64,000 nucleotides of DNA from a phage. Every line of letters starts with the position of its first letter. Position 1 is the first letter of the stretch. The stretch is taken from the sequence record PZ445511.1; one strand, 5' to 3'. Of the stretch, positions 20,376-30,497 are shown piece after piece. The notes beneath the pieces are model-generated. The model did not search any database and was not told where the DNA came from. It worked only from the letters and a program-made list of their open reading frames with translations. The translations under genes and the position numbers were made by a program.

Positions 20376-20413
20376 ATTTCCTAAATCCTGATAACTACAA
20401 AAAGGAAAGCCAA

Positions 20414-22744
20414 ATGAGCCATCGCATCGAAAAAGTAATTAAACGTGACGGTACTGTTCAGGACTTTGCTCCTGAAAAACTCAATGATTGGGCTGCATGG
20501 GCATGTAAAGATACTGACGTAAGTTGGTCTGCCGTAGTTATGGCTGCCCTGAAAAATCTACCCAAAGGTGTTGTAGACTCCGATACACTCCAAGATGTGT
20601 TAATTAAAGCCGCTGAAGGTCTTATCAAAGACAACCCAGCATATGATACTGTAGCAAAGGAATTACGTCTTGCGCAGATGCGTAAACGCCTATATGATTC
20701 CTTTGAACCTCCTTCTCTGCGTTTCTTCCACGATCATATGATTCGTGTTGGCGCCTGGGAAGACATGAGTGCATGGATTAGCGATGATCAGTTTGATGCT
20801 CTGAATCAAGTTATTGATCATGATCGCGATCGTTTATTCACCAGTGGTGGACTGAAACAGTTCTTCGACAAGTATTCCCGTCGTAATATTGCAACTGGTG
20901 AAATTTATGAAACCCCGCAGTTTGCCTACATGGGTATGGCAATGGCGATGTTATCTCAACCTAACTGGACAATTCTCGATGCAATCGACCTCTACAACGC
21001 AATGTCACTCCATAAAATCAACGTGCCGACTCCACCTCTCGTGGGTCTTAGGAGCAGCGACCGCGGTTTTGCTTCTTGTTGTCTTGTTGATAGTACTGAT
21101 ACCCTCGATTCAATCGACACAGCCGAGCACATCGTCTTCAAAATGGTCGCAGCCAGAGCGGGAATCGGGTATCATCTTGAAAGCCGATCAATTGCTGATC
21201 CGGTGCGAAATGGGGCATTCCCGCATTCCGGAAAACTGCCATATTATCGACACATTGACCGATCAGTAAAAGCTAACACTCAGCAAACCCGTGGTGGTTC
21301 TGCTACTGTGTCTTACCCATACTTCGATCCTGAAATCATTCAGTTGATGCAGGTTAAGCAGCAACGTGCTACAGACGAGAATAAAATCGATAAGATGGAT
21401 TACTCTCTGAGCTTTAACAACCTTCTGTTAAAACGTTACCTGAAAAATGAAGATATTACGCTAATGTCCTACTTCTACGCACCAGAAGTTCATGAAGCGT
21501 TTTATGGCGAAGATGAGGCTAAGTTTGAAGAAATCTACGTGGCAGCGGAGAAACGTGTGGCATCTCTTACAAAGATCGACCACGAAGGAAAAACAATTCC
21601 AGCAGCTCCTAGAATCTCTGCAAAAGAAATCCTAGATACTTGGTTACGTATCCGTATGGAAACAGGGCGTATGTATGCTCATCACATTGGTGAATCTAAC
21701 CGTCATGGTAACTTCCTTGACCCGATTCGTATGACCAACCTTTGTGTTGAAATTACTCAGCCAACCCGTCCATTCCATCACATTACGGAGCTGTATAAGA
21801 CCCAAGATCAGTTAGACGATATGCGTCCAGAAGATATTGGTGAAGTATCTCTGTGTAACTTAGGTGGTGTTGTACTAGGTCGTATGGAATCTCTGGCTGA
21901 ATGGGAGAAAACTTGCTACATTCTTCTGAAATTCGTTGATACAATCATCGAGATTCAGGATTACCCATTCCCAACTATGGAGTACACGGCTAAGAAACGT
22001 CGTAACGTTGGTATTGGTCTGATGAACGCAGCAGGTGCAATGGCAGCCGAAGGTTTGGCTTACGAAGGTGTTGAAGCCCGTAACTGGATTCACCGTGAAG
22101 CTGAAAAGCTGTCCTACTTCCTACATAAAGCCTCTGTACGTCTGGCTAAAGAACAAGGTGCATGTGACTGGTTTAATCGTACTAAACCATCCAAAGGAAC
22201 TCTGGTAATCGACACGTACAAGAAAACTGTTGATGAACTGGTAACTGTAGGTCTAGAAATGGATTGGGAATCTCTGCGTGCAGATATTCTGAAATATGGT
22301 ATGCGCAACTCTGTTCTGACTGCTCAGATGCCGGGTGAAAGTTCCTCTGTACTGCTAGGTGTTACTAACTCTATCGAGCCGCCTCGTAAGATTGTATCTA
22401 TCAAGGGTAGTGCAGTTAATAAAGTAATTGCAATTGCTCCAGGTGCAACCGATTGGGATACATTAATGAGTTATAAACTGGCTTATGATGTAGATCGTAT
22501 CGAGTGGATCAAATGGGTAGCAACCATGCAGAAATTCTTCAGTCAGTCTATCAGTACGAATATGTACTATGACTACACCAAGTTTGAGAATGAAATCATT
22601 CCTGGTCCAGTAGTAGTTCGTGATTTCATGACTGCTGTTAAGTACGGCTGGAAAACTTGGTACTACGCTAACTTCAACACTGAAAATGGTGGTGGAGCTG
22701 GTGAAGAAGCAGCAGGTTGTGCATCAGGTGGTTGTAACCTATAA
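20414..22744 (+). CDS. nrdA: Ribonucleoside-diphosphate reductase large subunit (class Ia)
   Basis: ATP-cone at N-terminus, catalytic NLCVEI motif, C-terminal Cys pair; start moved to ATG after aaaggaaag RBS (track start lies inside the promoter). Confidence 0.9.
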   Translation: MSHRIEKVIKRDGTVQDFAPEKLNDWAAWACKDTDVSWSAVVMAALKNLPKGVVDSDTLQDVLIKAAEGLIKDNPAYDTVAKELRLAQMRKRLYDSFEPPSLRFFHDHMIRVGAWEDMSAWISDDQFDALNQVIDHDRDRLFTSGGLKQFFDKYSRRNIATGEIYETPQFAYMGMAMAMLSQPNWTILDAIDLYNAMSLHKINVPTPPLVGLRSSDRGFASCCLVDSTDTLDSIDTAEHIVFKMVAARAGIGYHLESRSIADPVRNGAFPHSGKLPYYRHIDRSVKANTQQTRGGSATVSYPYFDPEIIQLMQVKQQRATDENKIDKMDYSLSFNNLLLKRYLKNEDITLMSYFYAPEVHEAFYGEDEAKFEEIYVAAEKRVASLTKIDHEGKTIPAAPRISAKEILDTWLRIRMETGRMYAHHIGESNRHGNFLDPIRMTNLCVEITQPTRPFHHITELYKTQDQLDDMRPEDIGEVSLCNLGGVVLGRMESLAEWEKTCYILLKFVDTIIEIQDYPFPTMEYTAKKRRNVGIGLMNAAGAMAAEGLAYEGVEARNWIHREAEKLSYFLHKASVRLAKEQGACDWFNRTKPSKGTLVIDTYKKTVDELVTVGLEMDWESLRADILKYGMRNSVLTAQMPGESSSVLLGVTNSIEPPRKIVSIKGSAVNKVIAIAPGATDWDTLMSYKLAYDVDRIEWIKWVATMQKFFSQSISTNMYYDYTKFENEIIPGPVVVRDFMTAVKYGWKTWYYANFNTENGGGAGEEAAGCASGGCNL

Positions 22745-22751
22745 TAAAAAC

Positions 22752-22777
22752 AAGGAGATCTTCGGGTCTCCTTTTTT
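22752..22777 (+). terminator. Rho-independent terminator after nrdA
   Basis: ggagatc-UUCG-ggtctcc hairpin followed by TTTTTT. Confidence 0.65.
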
Positions 22778-22791
22778 CTTTGAAATTTTAC

Positions 22792-22820
22792 TTGCTAATC
22801 GCTACCAGATTTGCTATAAT
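22792..22820 (+). promoter_or_regulatory. Sigma70 promoter for nrdB
   Basis: ttgcta-17bp-tataat. Confidence 0.6.
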
Positions 22821-22851
22821 ATTCCTGAAATAGTGAGAAAGAGGAAAATCA

Positions 22852-23997
22852 ATGACTACTTTACTAAACCTGAATTGGGATCATACTAACGCTGACCTTT
22901 TCCTGGGCGATTCTCTTGGTATCGCAGATTACGTTCGTGTAGCACATCCTGAACTTGAGCGTCTAGCACTTCTGCAACGTTCTCAATTTTGGACTGAAAC
23001 TGAAATCAGTCTGGAAGCTGATAAGAAACAATGGCCAAACCTCCCGCGTGATATCCAGGAAATTACTCTCCTGAACTTAGCATGGCAAACTCAAACAGAT
23101 TCTTTCATTAGTCGTGCTCCTGAGGCAGCTATTATGCCACTTGTAAGCCGTCCTGAATTGGAAGGTATGCTCAAGCAGTGGAGCTACTTCGAAGATCTAC
23201 ATAGCCGTGCGTATAGTAACATTATTCGTAACGTTCTGACTGACCCAGCAGAATTTATTGATTCTGTAACTAAAAACCAAGAAGCATTTGCACGTATCGC
23301 AGATTCTGTTGAACTGTTTGATGAATTGTATCTGTTAGGTCAGTATTTCCTTGCAGTACGTGATCATCAGGGTGATAATACTTATCCAGAAACTGAGTTC
23401 CCTGAAGTTAAACGTGAAACTCAGGCTAAACTGTTAGACGCTTACTTTGCAATCTACGGTCTGGAAGCAATGCAGTTCTACGCATCCTTTGCATGTACCT
23501 TTGCTCTAGCAGAGAACGATATTCTGCAAGGTATTGCTAAGAACCTGCAATTAATCGCTAAAGATGAAGCTCTACATACTCAAATGTCTAAAGCTATCAT
23601 CCAGATTATGTTCCAGCAGTTTGATAAAGATCTGGTAGATGAAGCATTAGCTAAAGCACCAGCACAACTCCTAAAAACTCTGAAAACTGAGATTGAATGG
23701 GGCCACTTTATCTTTAAAGGCCGCAGTCTGATTGGTTTGAACGCAGAATTGCTTGAAGAATACCTTTACTTTGTAGGACGTAACGCATTTATGCACATTG
23801 GTGTAGAATGGCCAAGCCACTTACCTGTAATTACTAAGAACCCTATTCCGTGGATTATGAACTGGTTGGATACTACATCTTTACAACCTGCTCCACAAGA
23901 GATTCAGATTGGTGCAGCGTACCGTGTAGGTCAAGTAACTGAAACCTCTGCTGATACTCTGAAAGATCTTGGCAACGAATTTGAGGATATGTTCTAA
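22852..23997 (+). CDS. nrdB: Ribonucleoside-diphosphate reductase small subunit
   Basis: 381 aa; ferritin-like di-iron ligands (E..H pairs) and radical-site Tyr region. Confidence 0.85.
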   Translation: MTTLLNLNWDHTNADLFLGDSLGIADYVRVAHPELERLALLQRSQFWTETEISLEADKKQWPNLPRDIQEITLLNLAWQTQTDSFISRAPEAAIMPLVSRPELEGMLKQWSYFEDLHSRAYSNIIRNVLTDPAEFIDSVTKNQEAFARIADSVELFDELYLLGQYFLAVRDHQGDNTYPETEFPEVKRETQAKLLDAYFAIYGLEAMQFYASFACTFALAENDILQGIAKNLQLIAKDEALHTQMSKAIIQIMFQQFDKDLVDEALAKAPAQLLKTLKTEIEWGHFIFKGRSLIGLNAELLEEYLYFVGRNAFMHIGVEWPSHLPVITKNPIPWIMNWLDTTSLQPAPQEIQIGAAYRVGQVTETSADTLKDLGNEFEDMF

Positions 23998-24527
23998 TGA
24001 TAGCAGCAATCTATGCAACTGGGCCGAATGGGGAGTTCGGCCTCAATGGTAAGCTCCCCTGGGGTTCTTTCAAAGAAGAACTAGATATCTTCTATGCTAC
24101 ATTGGATTCTCTGGCACCTGACAATATTATTGTAGGAGCAGGAACTTGGTTAGCATTCCCTGAGACTCTGCAAAAAAGAATACTAGGAGATTCTGACCTA
24201 TTTATTTATGCAAATAGACCACTACCGAACTCTATAAGATCAGCTACACGCATAAGCAACATTGGATACCGTCTGCCTGATTTTCTCAAGGAAGAGGTAA
24301 CTGTAGTATTAGGGGGAGCAACTCTGCTTCTTGAAATGTATGTCAAAAATCATCTAGATATGGCGTATATCTCTACTGTTACTTCAGCCACACCATTATC
24401 TGCTGATGTACATCTGCATCATCATATTACTTTAACTAATTCAATGGCAACTAGAATGGACTATGTGGCAGGACAGAATGCAGATAAAACGCTTTCATTC
24501 TTACAAGAATTGGTGATATTTAAATGA
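23997..24527 (+). CDS. Dihydrofolate reductase
   Basis: 176 aa; N-terminal [14 protein letters not shown]...LPW motif typical of DHFR; overlaps nrdB stop. Confidence 0.75.
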   Translation: MIAAIYATGPNGEFGLNGKLPWGSFKEELDIFYATLDSLAPDNIIVGAGTWLAFPETLQKRILGDSDLFIYANRPLPNSIRSATRISNIGYRLPDFLKEEVTVVLGGATLLLEMYVKNHLDMAYISTVTSATPLSADVHLHHHITLTNSMATRMDYVAGQNADKTLSFLQELVIFK

Positions 24528-25378
24528 AGCAATATATTGAAACTGGAAAACGTATTCTTGAAGAGGGTGTATGGGTAACGAATCCTAGAACAGGGGTTCG
24601 TTGCCTAACCATTATTGATGCAGACTTTACCTTTAACGTAGGAGCAGGAGAACTGCCGCTAGTAACTACTCGTAAAGCATTTGCTAAACAAGCAATAATG
24701 GAAATGATCGGATATCTACGTGGGTACGACTCAGCAGCACAATTCCGCACTATTGGTGTTAATACATGGAATGCTAATGCAAATGAAAATATTGCCTGGC
24801 TAGGTAATCCATTCCGTAAAGGCGAGGATGATATGGGACGAGTCTATGGTGTTCAAGGACGTCATTGGACTAATTCTGATGGTATGGTATTTGATCAGTT
24901 AGCCAAAGTCTACCATAATTTGAAAAGAGGGATTGACGATCGTGGAGAAATTTTAACTTTTTGGAACCCTGGGGAATTTCGTAAAGGATGCCTACGTCCG
25001 TGTATGCATACCCATCAATTCTCTATTTTAGGTGATACACTATACCTAAACTCTTTCCAGAGGTCTAATGATTTCTTGCTGGGCCAAGTATTTAATATGG
25101 TGCAATGCTATGCACTTCTAGCTATTATGGCACAGATTACAGGTCTTAAGCCAGGTATTGCTCGTCAAAAGATTATTAATCTTCATATCTATGAAGATCA
25201 GTATAATGTTCTGATGGAGCACAAGCAATTCGATCGTGAACCTTTTGCACCTCCTACTTTAGAAATCAATCCAAATATTAGAACTTTGGATGATGTATTA
25301 ACGTGGGTAAGTAAGGATGATTTTACTGTTCGTGGCTATGAACACCATCCTGCTATTGCATATCCATTTACGGTGTAA
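24524..25378 (+). CDS. thyA: Thymidylate synthase
   Basis: 284 aa; catalytic Cys region [10 protein letters not shown] and conserved C-terminal blocks; ATGA overlap with DHFR gene. Confidence 0.85.
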   Translation: MKQYIETGKRILEEGVWVTNPRTGVRCLTIIDADFTFNVGAGELPLVTTRKAFAKQAIMEMIGYLRGYDSAAQFRTIGVNTWNANANENIAWLGNPFRKGEDDMGRVYGVQGRHWTNSDGMVFDQLAKVYHNLKRGIDDRGEILTFWNPGEFRKGCLRPCMHTHQFSILGDTLYLNSFQRSNDFLLGQVFNMVQCYALLAIMAQITGLKPGIARQKIINLHIYEDQYNVLMEHKQFDREPFAPPTLEINPNIRTLDDVLTWVSKDDFTVRGYEHHPAIAYPFTV

Positions 25379-25381
25379 CAT

Positions 25382-25735
25382 ATGTTAATTATACTATTAT
25401 TTGTCATATTCTTTCTAAAACATTTTATGGCCGATTATCCACTCCAAACACCATATATGCTAAGAAAGACGCATAAAATAGGGTGGAAACTTCCATTATT
25501 AACCCATTCGCTAGTACATGCTGGATTAACATTTGCAATTCTAATCCTATTCACATCACCAGGAATGTCTATAGCTTTAGCTATTATGGAATTAATTCTA
25601 CACTTTATTATAGATTATTGGAAAGCACAACGCTGTAAATACGCTATAAGCGATGCTAAGTTTTGGATAGCTTTAGGATTTGATCAGTTACTGCATTATC
25701 TGACATACGCCCTAATAATCTTGATTATAATCTAA
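25382..25735 (+). CDS. Hypothetical integral membrane protein
   Basis: 117 aa with multiple hydrophobic helices. Confidence 0.5.
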   Translation: MLIILLFVIFFLKHFMADYPLQTPYMLRKTHKIGWKLPLLTHSLVHAGLTFAILILFTSPGMSIALAIMELILHFIIDYWKAQRCKYAISDAKFWIALGFDQLLHYLTYALIILIII

Positions 25736-25740
25736 TTCAA

Positions 25741-25767
25741 ATAGCCCTTCGGGGCTATTATATTTAA
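25741..25767 (+). terminator. Rho-independent terminator
   Basis: tagccc-TTCG-gggcta hairpin then T-rich run. Confidence 0.55.
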
Positions 25768-25774
25768 ATTTCAT

Positions 25775-25803
25775 TTGCTTACTGAGTGAAATTCAAATAT
25801 AAT
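25775..25803 (+). promoter_or_regulatory. Sigma70 promoter
   Basis: ttgctt-17bp-tataat. Confidence 0.55.
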
Positions 25804-25827
25804 ATATTTTATAAATTGGAGACACTT

Positions 25828-26082
25828 ATGGGACTCTTTAAAAAGAAAGTTTATTTAACACAAAGTCAAGAACGCAGGTTCTTAGCTCTGTCTCAGTATT
25901 ACCATTTACCTTTCGATCATTTCATAGAACGGGCGTTAGAACAATTCCTAGAAAAGGAATTAAGGGCAATTAGACCTGAACCGCCAAGAGCACCAAATGA
26001 TGCACAGAGAGGTCATCCACATATCCCACCTATGCCGCCAGTTCCACCAGCGACTAGGGTCATTATAGAAGGTGAAAAATAA
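25828..26082 (+). CDS. Hypothetical protein
   Basis: 85 aa from ATG after ggagac; Pro-rich C-terminus. Confidence 0.5.
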   Translation: MGLFKKKVYLTQSQERRFLALSQYYHLPFDHFIERALEQFLEKELRAIRPEPPRAPNDAQRGHPHIPPMPPVPPATRVIIEGEK

Positions 26083-26351
26083 TGTCTATTCTTTTATCTG
26101 CTTTAGAAGCAAAACAAAATACTATTGCTAGTATTAAAAAGGAAGTAATTGACTTAGAGTCACTTATTGCCGTAGAGATTGACAAAGCCATCAAAGATAA
26201 AGAATTTAACTGTCACATCCAGGGATTGACTGAATATTCAGAAAATGCTAGAAATAGCGTCATGCAAAAACTTAGCAAACTAGGTTATGTTGTGGAAGCT
26301 AAGTATGAGCAACGTGAAGGTTTTTGGCTTGAAATTGATTGGAGCAAATAA
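26082..26351 (+). CDS. Hypothetical protein
   Basis: 89-aa ORF translationally coupled. Confidence 0.5.
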   Translation: MSILLSALEAKQNTIASIKKEVIDLESLIAVEIDKAIKDKEFNCHIQGLTEYSENARNSVMQKLSKLGYVVEAKYEQREGFWLEIDWSK

Positions 26352-26827
26352 TGTCGGTTTTCCACATATATACAGATGGTGCATGTAAGGGCAATCCTGG
26401 TTTAGGTGCGTGGGGATTCGTTGTCTATAATGATAATGATGATCGTATTGGCTCTAAATCTGGCTTCAGCCATAAAACTACTAATAACGAAATGGAACTT
26501 ACTGCAATTGTTGAAGTTCTTCGTTGGTCTACTAAGAAAGATAATCGTCCAGTAATTATCTACACTGATTCTGCTTACTGCAAAAATGGTATGGAGAGTT
26601 GGGTATTTGCCTGGCAAAAGAAAGGATGGAAAAAAGCAGATGGTGAGGCCCCTCTTAATCTAGAACTATGGAAAGAGGCATTTTCTTTACTACAGAAATA
26701 TATAAACTTCCATGACACTACGCCTACTTTTATAAAAGTCAAAGGTCACTCAGGGGACCCTAGAAATGATGAAGTAGATGCTCTATGTAACACAGTTATA
26801 ACAGAGCAAGAATTAGCTGATATATAA
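26339..26827 (+). CDS. Ribonuclease H
   Basis: 162 aa; RNase H1 motifs YTDGAC...GxGxAxWG and TDSxY. Confidence 0.8.
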   Translation: MEQIMSVFHIYTDGACKGNPGLGAWGFVVYNDNDDRIGSKSGFSHKTTNNEMELTAIVEVLRWSTKKDNRPVIIYTDSAYCKNGMESWVFAWQKKGWKKADGEAPLNLELWKEAFSLLQKYINFHDTTPTFIKVKGHSGDPRNDEVDALCNTVITEQELADI

Positions 26828-26829
26828 TT

Positions 26830-27342
26830 ATGCTAACACAAGAAATTCTCAAGCAATTGCTAGATTATGATCCACTATCCGGTATTTTTACATGGAAAAC
26901 TAGAGATCCCGATAAGGGAGGATTTAATAAGCAATTTGCAGGTAAAGTAGCTGGAACCAAAAAATCTGGATATATCAGAATACAGATTAACGGAAAACCA
27001 TACGATGCCCATAGACTAGCCTTCTTATTTATGGAGGGCTATATACCAGAGCTGATAGACCATAAAGACAGAGTGGGAACAAACAACGCTTGGGACAATC
27101 TTAGAAAAGCTACTGATAGTCAAAATGCTGCAAACCAATCCGTCCGATCTACTAATATTTCTGGATATAAAAATGTATCCTGGGATAAGGCTAGAAATAA
27201 ATGGTTAGTTAATATCATGAAGGATGGTAAAACTATATATGGTGGTAGATTCTCTGAATTAGAGGATGCAGTAAATGCTGCCAATACTCTACGTTTGTCT
27301 TTATTTGGTAGCTTTGCTCTTTACGAAGAATTTATAAAATAA
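26830..27342 (+). CDS. HNH homing endonuclease (HNH_3 plus AP2-like DNA-binding domain)
   Basis: 170 aa; AHRLAFLF...DHKDR...NN..NLR motif followed by SGYKNVSW AP2-like region. Confidence 0.75.
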   Translation: MLTQEILKQLLDYDPLSGIFTWKTRDPDKGGFNKQFAGKVAGTKKSGYIRIQINGKPYDAHRLAFLFMEGYIPELIDHKDRVGTNNAWDNLRKATDSQNAANQSVRSTNISGYKNVSWDKARNKWLVNIMKDGKTIYGGRFSELEDAVNAANTLRLSLFGSFALYEEFIK

Positions 27343-27355
27343 ATTAAAAATTCAC

Positions 27356-27384
27356 TTGCTTAAAGCCCTCGAATTTAGTATAAT
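27356..27384 (+). promoter_or_regulatory. Sigma70 promoter
   Basis: ttgctt-17bp-tataat. Confidence 0.55.
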
Positions 27385-27411
27385 ATTCGTATTGAAAGTG
27401 AGGAGGGCTTT

Positions 27412-27690
27412 ATGCGAATTTACAACTCAAATTCATTAGGATTTAAACCTTTGAGAAAACGCGCACAATCTCCGCGTCAGATCAGAAAGGCAAATATTGG
27501 TGAGCCAGAAACTAGGCTTCCACCACCTCCGGAGCAACGTCTAGTTTACTTAGACGAAGAATTAGCCGAAAGGGAACGTAAAGCTCAAGAAGAAATTGAG
27601 CGCAAGAAACTGTGTACTGCTCCTGCATATAACAAGGGTGGTTATCAGTACGTTTCCAGTGAGGAACAAGCTAAGATGATCGGCAGATAA
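27412..27690 (+). CDS. Hypothetical protein
   Basis: 92-aa ORF after SD gaggagg. Confidence 0.55.
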   Translation: MRIYNSNSLGFKPLRKRAQSPRQIRKANIGEPETRLPPPPEQRLVYLDEELAERERKAQEEIERKKLCTAPAYNKGGYQYVSSEEQAKMIGR

Positions 27691-27706
27691 TTTTTAAAAA
27701 ATTCAT

Positions 27707-27735
27707 TTGCTAAACGCTTCAAAATTTCGTATAAT
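27707..27735 (+). promoter_or_regulatory. Sigma70 promoter
   Basis: ttgcta-17bp-tataat with A-rich UP-like region. Confidence 0.6.
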
Positions 27736-27773
27736 ATATCTCATAAATTGATCAACAAAAAGGAAAACAAATA

Positions 27774-28289
27774 ATGGCTAAGCAGAAAAACGCAAAAACT
27801 CAGGCAGCTCCGGCAGTTAAAACTTTCGCTCAGACCGAAGCCAATCGTAAGGCTCGTCTGGAACGTCATCTGCGTGAGCATCCTACTGATGCTCAGGCTC
27901 AGACTGCCCTGAAGTCTGCGGCTCCGGTTCGCCAGAAGCCGAAGGCCAAGAACTCTACTCGCGCAACTGCTAAGCAGGTTGTGTTCATCAAGGGTGAAGG
28001 TCATAAGTCTGTACCTGTAACTCTGAGCTTTAATGGCGGTGCTGAGATGTTCGCCCGCAACGGTATGGCTCTGAAAGACTACGAAAAAGCAGTCAATCAG
28101 AAGCGTAAGCCAATGGCTGACGTAATGCGTGAATCCCGTGGACAGTTTGGCTCCGTTAAACCGAATATTTTCGGTGTAGAGTATAGCCGTGACAACGTTC
28201 GCGCTCTGTGCTACGGTATAGGTATTAAGTTTACTGGTGCTTCTGATCGTAAATCCGCTAAACCTACTCGTAAGCGTAAAGCGAAGTAA
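27774..28289 (+). CDS. Basic Lys/Ala-rich protein of unknown function
   Basis: 171 aa; codon usage enriched in gct/cgt/ctg unlike neighbours; antisense 190-aa ORF judged spurious. Confidence 0.6.
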   Translation: MAKQKNAKTQAAPAVKTFAQTEANRKARLERHLREHPTDAQAQTALKSAAPVRQKPKAKNSTRATAKQVVFIKGEGHKSVPVTLSFNGGAEMFARNGMALKDYEKAVNQKRKPMADVMRESRGQFGSVKPNIFGVEYSRDNVRALCYGIGIKFTGASDRKSAKPTRKRKAK

Positions 28290-28350
28290 TGATTGATGGG
28301 GCGAAAGCCCCATATACTAACTCTTTCTCTGACTAATCAAGGATATTTTT

Positions 28351-28566
28351 ATGTTCTCTAAGAAACCACGTTCCGTTACTGAAATCGTTGCTTCCTTTAC
28401 CACTATTACTGATGAACTTCAAGCTCGTATTGAAGCTGACCAGAAAACTGCTGCTGATATTCAGAAACAGCAGGAAGAACTCGCTCTGAAACTGGCTGAA
28501 ACCAATAAGAGTGAAAAATCTGCTCAAACTATTAAGGAAAATATCCTTAAACTGCTGGGCAAGTAA
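28351..28566 (+). CDS. Hypothetical coiled-coil protein
   Basis: 71-aa ORF. Confidence 0.5.
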   Translation: MFSKKPRSVTEIVASFTTITDELQARIEADQKTAADIQKQQEELALKLAETNKSEKSAQTIKENILKLLGK

Positions 28567-28607
28567 TTTAAATCAGGGGGCGAAAGCCCCTCTTATTTGG
28601 AGAAACT

Positions 28608-28820
28608 ATGCGTAACTTCGTTGCAAAGAATGATTTTAACCGTGCTAGCACTCACAAGTCTGCTAGAGACTACACTCGTCTTTCTAAACATGAGCTTCTA
28701 GAAGAAATCATGGAAGAAAACTGGGATGTTAGTGAAAATGGAACAGACCTGTTTGAAGAAGAGGAACTTCCTCTGAAAGACCCCAAACAGTGGGAGTCTA
28801 TTAAAGAGACAGCTCTTTAA
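28608..28820 (+). CDS. Hypothetical protein
   Basis: 70-aa ORF with SD ggag. Confidence 0.5.
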   Translation: MRNFVAKNDFNRASTHKSARDYTRLSKHELLEEIMEENWDVSENGTDLFEEEELPLKDPKQWESIKETAL

Positions 28821-28850
28821 TAGTTTTCTACAACAATAAAGGACATAATT

Positions 28851-29552
28851 ATGAAATTCAAGCCCTTTGGTATGCTGGACATTGAATCTCTAGGTACTCC
28901 AGGAAATTGCGGTACTACTCATATTGCAATGCCTTCTTTCGCTTTTGTAGCGATGCACGGAATTGATAAAGATCCTGATCTGGTATTCGTTACTCTAGAC
29001 GTTCAAGATCAGCTTAATGCGGGTGCTAAGGTAACTGCCTCTACTATTGCATTCTGGATGGATCAAGCTAAAAACAGTCCATCTGCGCTCCATATTATGG
29101 AGGCTCTAAATGGTCGTAATCCTAAACTGATTGCCTTCCGTGATGGTAAGCATCACTGCACTAATGACGTAGGCTCTAATTATGCTGCCTTCTCTATGGC
29201 TCAGAACATTATGGAATTGTCTCTAGGAGATAATGCTCTGTATTATGGCAATGGCCCAGAGTTTGATATGACAATCTACTCTGCAAATACGTTCCATGCC
29301 GGAACCCATGAAGAAATAGTTCCGTGGAAATTCTGGAACTTAGGTAACGTTCGATCTTTCCGTAATCAGTGGATGCAAGCTGGTTATAGCTATAAAGATC
29401 TAGAAGCCGAAGGTGCTAGCTGGGCAAAAGCTAAAATGGAAAAGATGGACACCATTCGTTATGGAATCTATCCTGTGAAGCATGATCCAGCATTCGATGC
29501 TTTAGTTGAAAGTTATTGTGTAGCCGTCATGATCGAAAAAATCAAAATTTGA
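28851..29552 (+). CDS. DEDDh-family 3'-5' exonuclease (DnaQ-like)
   Basis: 233 aa; Exo I-like LDIESLG near N-terminus and Exo III-like H..D (VKHDPAFDA) near C-terminus. Confidence 0.55.
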   Translation: MKFKPFGMLDIESLGTPGNCGTTHIAMPSFAFVAMHGIDKDPDLVFVTLDVQDQLNAGAKVTASTIAFWMDQAKNSPSALHIMEALNGRNPKLIAFRDGKHHCTNDVGSNYAAFSMAQNIMELSLGDNALYYGNGPEFDMTIYSANTFHAGTHEEIVPWKFWNLGNVRSFRNQWMQAGYSYKDLEAEGASWAKAKMEKMDTIRYGIYPVKHDPAFDALVESYCVAVMIEKIKI

Positions 29553-29553
29553 T

Positions 29554-29582
29554 TTGCTTTCAGCTCCAAAATTCTGTATAAT
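29554..29582 (+). promoter_or_regulatory. Sigma70 promoter
   Basis: ttgctt-17bp-tataat. Confidence 0.55.
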
Positions 29583-29622
29583 ATATTCATAAATTTGAGA
29601 GAACAACAAAAGGAAAATAATT

Positions 29623-29805
29623 ATGCCAGTATCTAAAAACGTCCGTAAAAATGGTAAAGTAGCAAAACGTAACCTGGGTCTGCGTCGTATGGCTGAGCGT
29701 CAGTCCGGCATCCAGAAAATCTTTAATGTGCTGAATCGCGCCAACCCGAATATTGATAACAGTTCTGATACTGTTCTGCGCACTCTGCTAGCAATCGGTC
29801 TGTAA
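29623..29805 (+). CDS. Hypothetical small basic protein
   Basis: 60-aa ORF with SD aaggaaa. Confidence 0.5.
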   Translation: MPVSKNVRKNGKVAKRNLGLRRMAERQSGIQKIFNVLNRANPNIDNSSDTVLRTLLAIGL

Positions 29806-29858
29806 TAGACCATTTTTAAAACAAATTCAAATCTCAAACTTCATATAAGGAAGAAATA

Positions 29859-30497
29859 ATGACTACTCGTATCTCTAAAACTCGTGCTCTGGCAACTATC
29901 AAGTCTCTAGAAGCTAAAATCCGTAAAGCTACTGAACAACAGCTTTTGATTGCTGTTGGTGAAGGTAAGGATAAGAACCAAGTTGTAGTTGGCGCTGCAA
30001 TCGAAGTAGATGCTCTGTCTACTCGTATTAAGACTGATTTCCAGTCTCTGTTGGATATGATGTCCCAGCGTGATCATCTGAAAGCAGCGCTGATCAAGAG
30101 CAATGCTGAAACTGTTGTAGAGATCGGTTCCCGATCTATGACTGTTGCGGAAGCAATCGAAGCTAAGCGTTCTATGGAACTCAAAGCTCAGTTGCTGGCT
30201 AACATGCGTAAGCAGTTCCATGCTGCTACTGTTAAGTTTAACACTCAGAAGGCTCAGTTTGATAACAAGTATGAGCGTTTGCAGGATACCATGGCTACCC
30301 GCGACAAGAAGACTTCTGAGGATGAAGTTAAGATGCAGCTTAACCTGCTGGAACTCAAGAACACTCCGTTCCTGATCGATCCGCTGGAGCTGGAAAAGCT
30401 GATCAAGCAACACGACGAAGAATACCAGGATTTTGCAACCAACGTTGACTTTGTTCTGTCTGAGTCCAACGCCTCTACTTTTATCGAAGTAGAGTAA
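29859..30497 (+). CDS. Hypothetical protein
   Basis: 212-aa ORF with SD aaggaag; high-expression-like codon usage. Confidence 0.6.
   Translation: MTTRISKTRALATIKSLEAKIRKATEQQLLIAVGEGKDKNQVVVGAAIEVDALSTRIKTDFQSLLDMMSQRDHLKAALIKSNAETVVEIGSRSMTVAEAIEAKRSMELKAQLLANMRKQFHAATVKFNTQKAQFDNKYERLQDTMATRDKKTSEDEVKMQLNLLELKNTPFLIDPLELEKLIKQHDEEYQDFATNVDFVLSESNASTFIEVE

Noticed and set aside
20354-20413. Upstream extension of nrdA (track start 20354)
   Set aside because: The extended start lies between the -35 and -10 of the nrdA promoter; the ATG at 20414 has a proper RBS and begins the ATP-cone.
27363-27411. Complementarity between promoter spacer (aaagccctc) and the downstream RBS (gagggcttt), also at 48496-48540
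   Set aside because: The upstream arm lies 5' of the predicted transcription start so would not be in the mRNA unless read-through occurs; kept only as a curiosity.
27741-28313. 190-aa ORF on the minus strand
   Set aside because: Antisense to a promoter- and RBS-driven plus-strand gene; low-complexity translation; no promoter or SD of its own.
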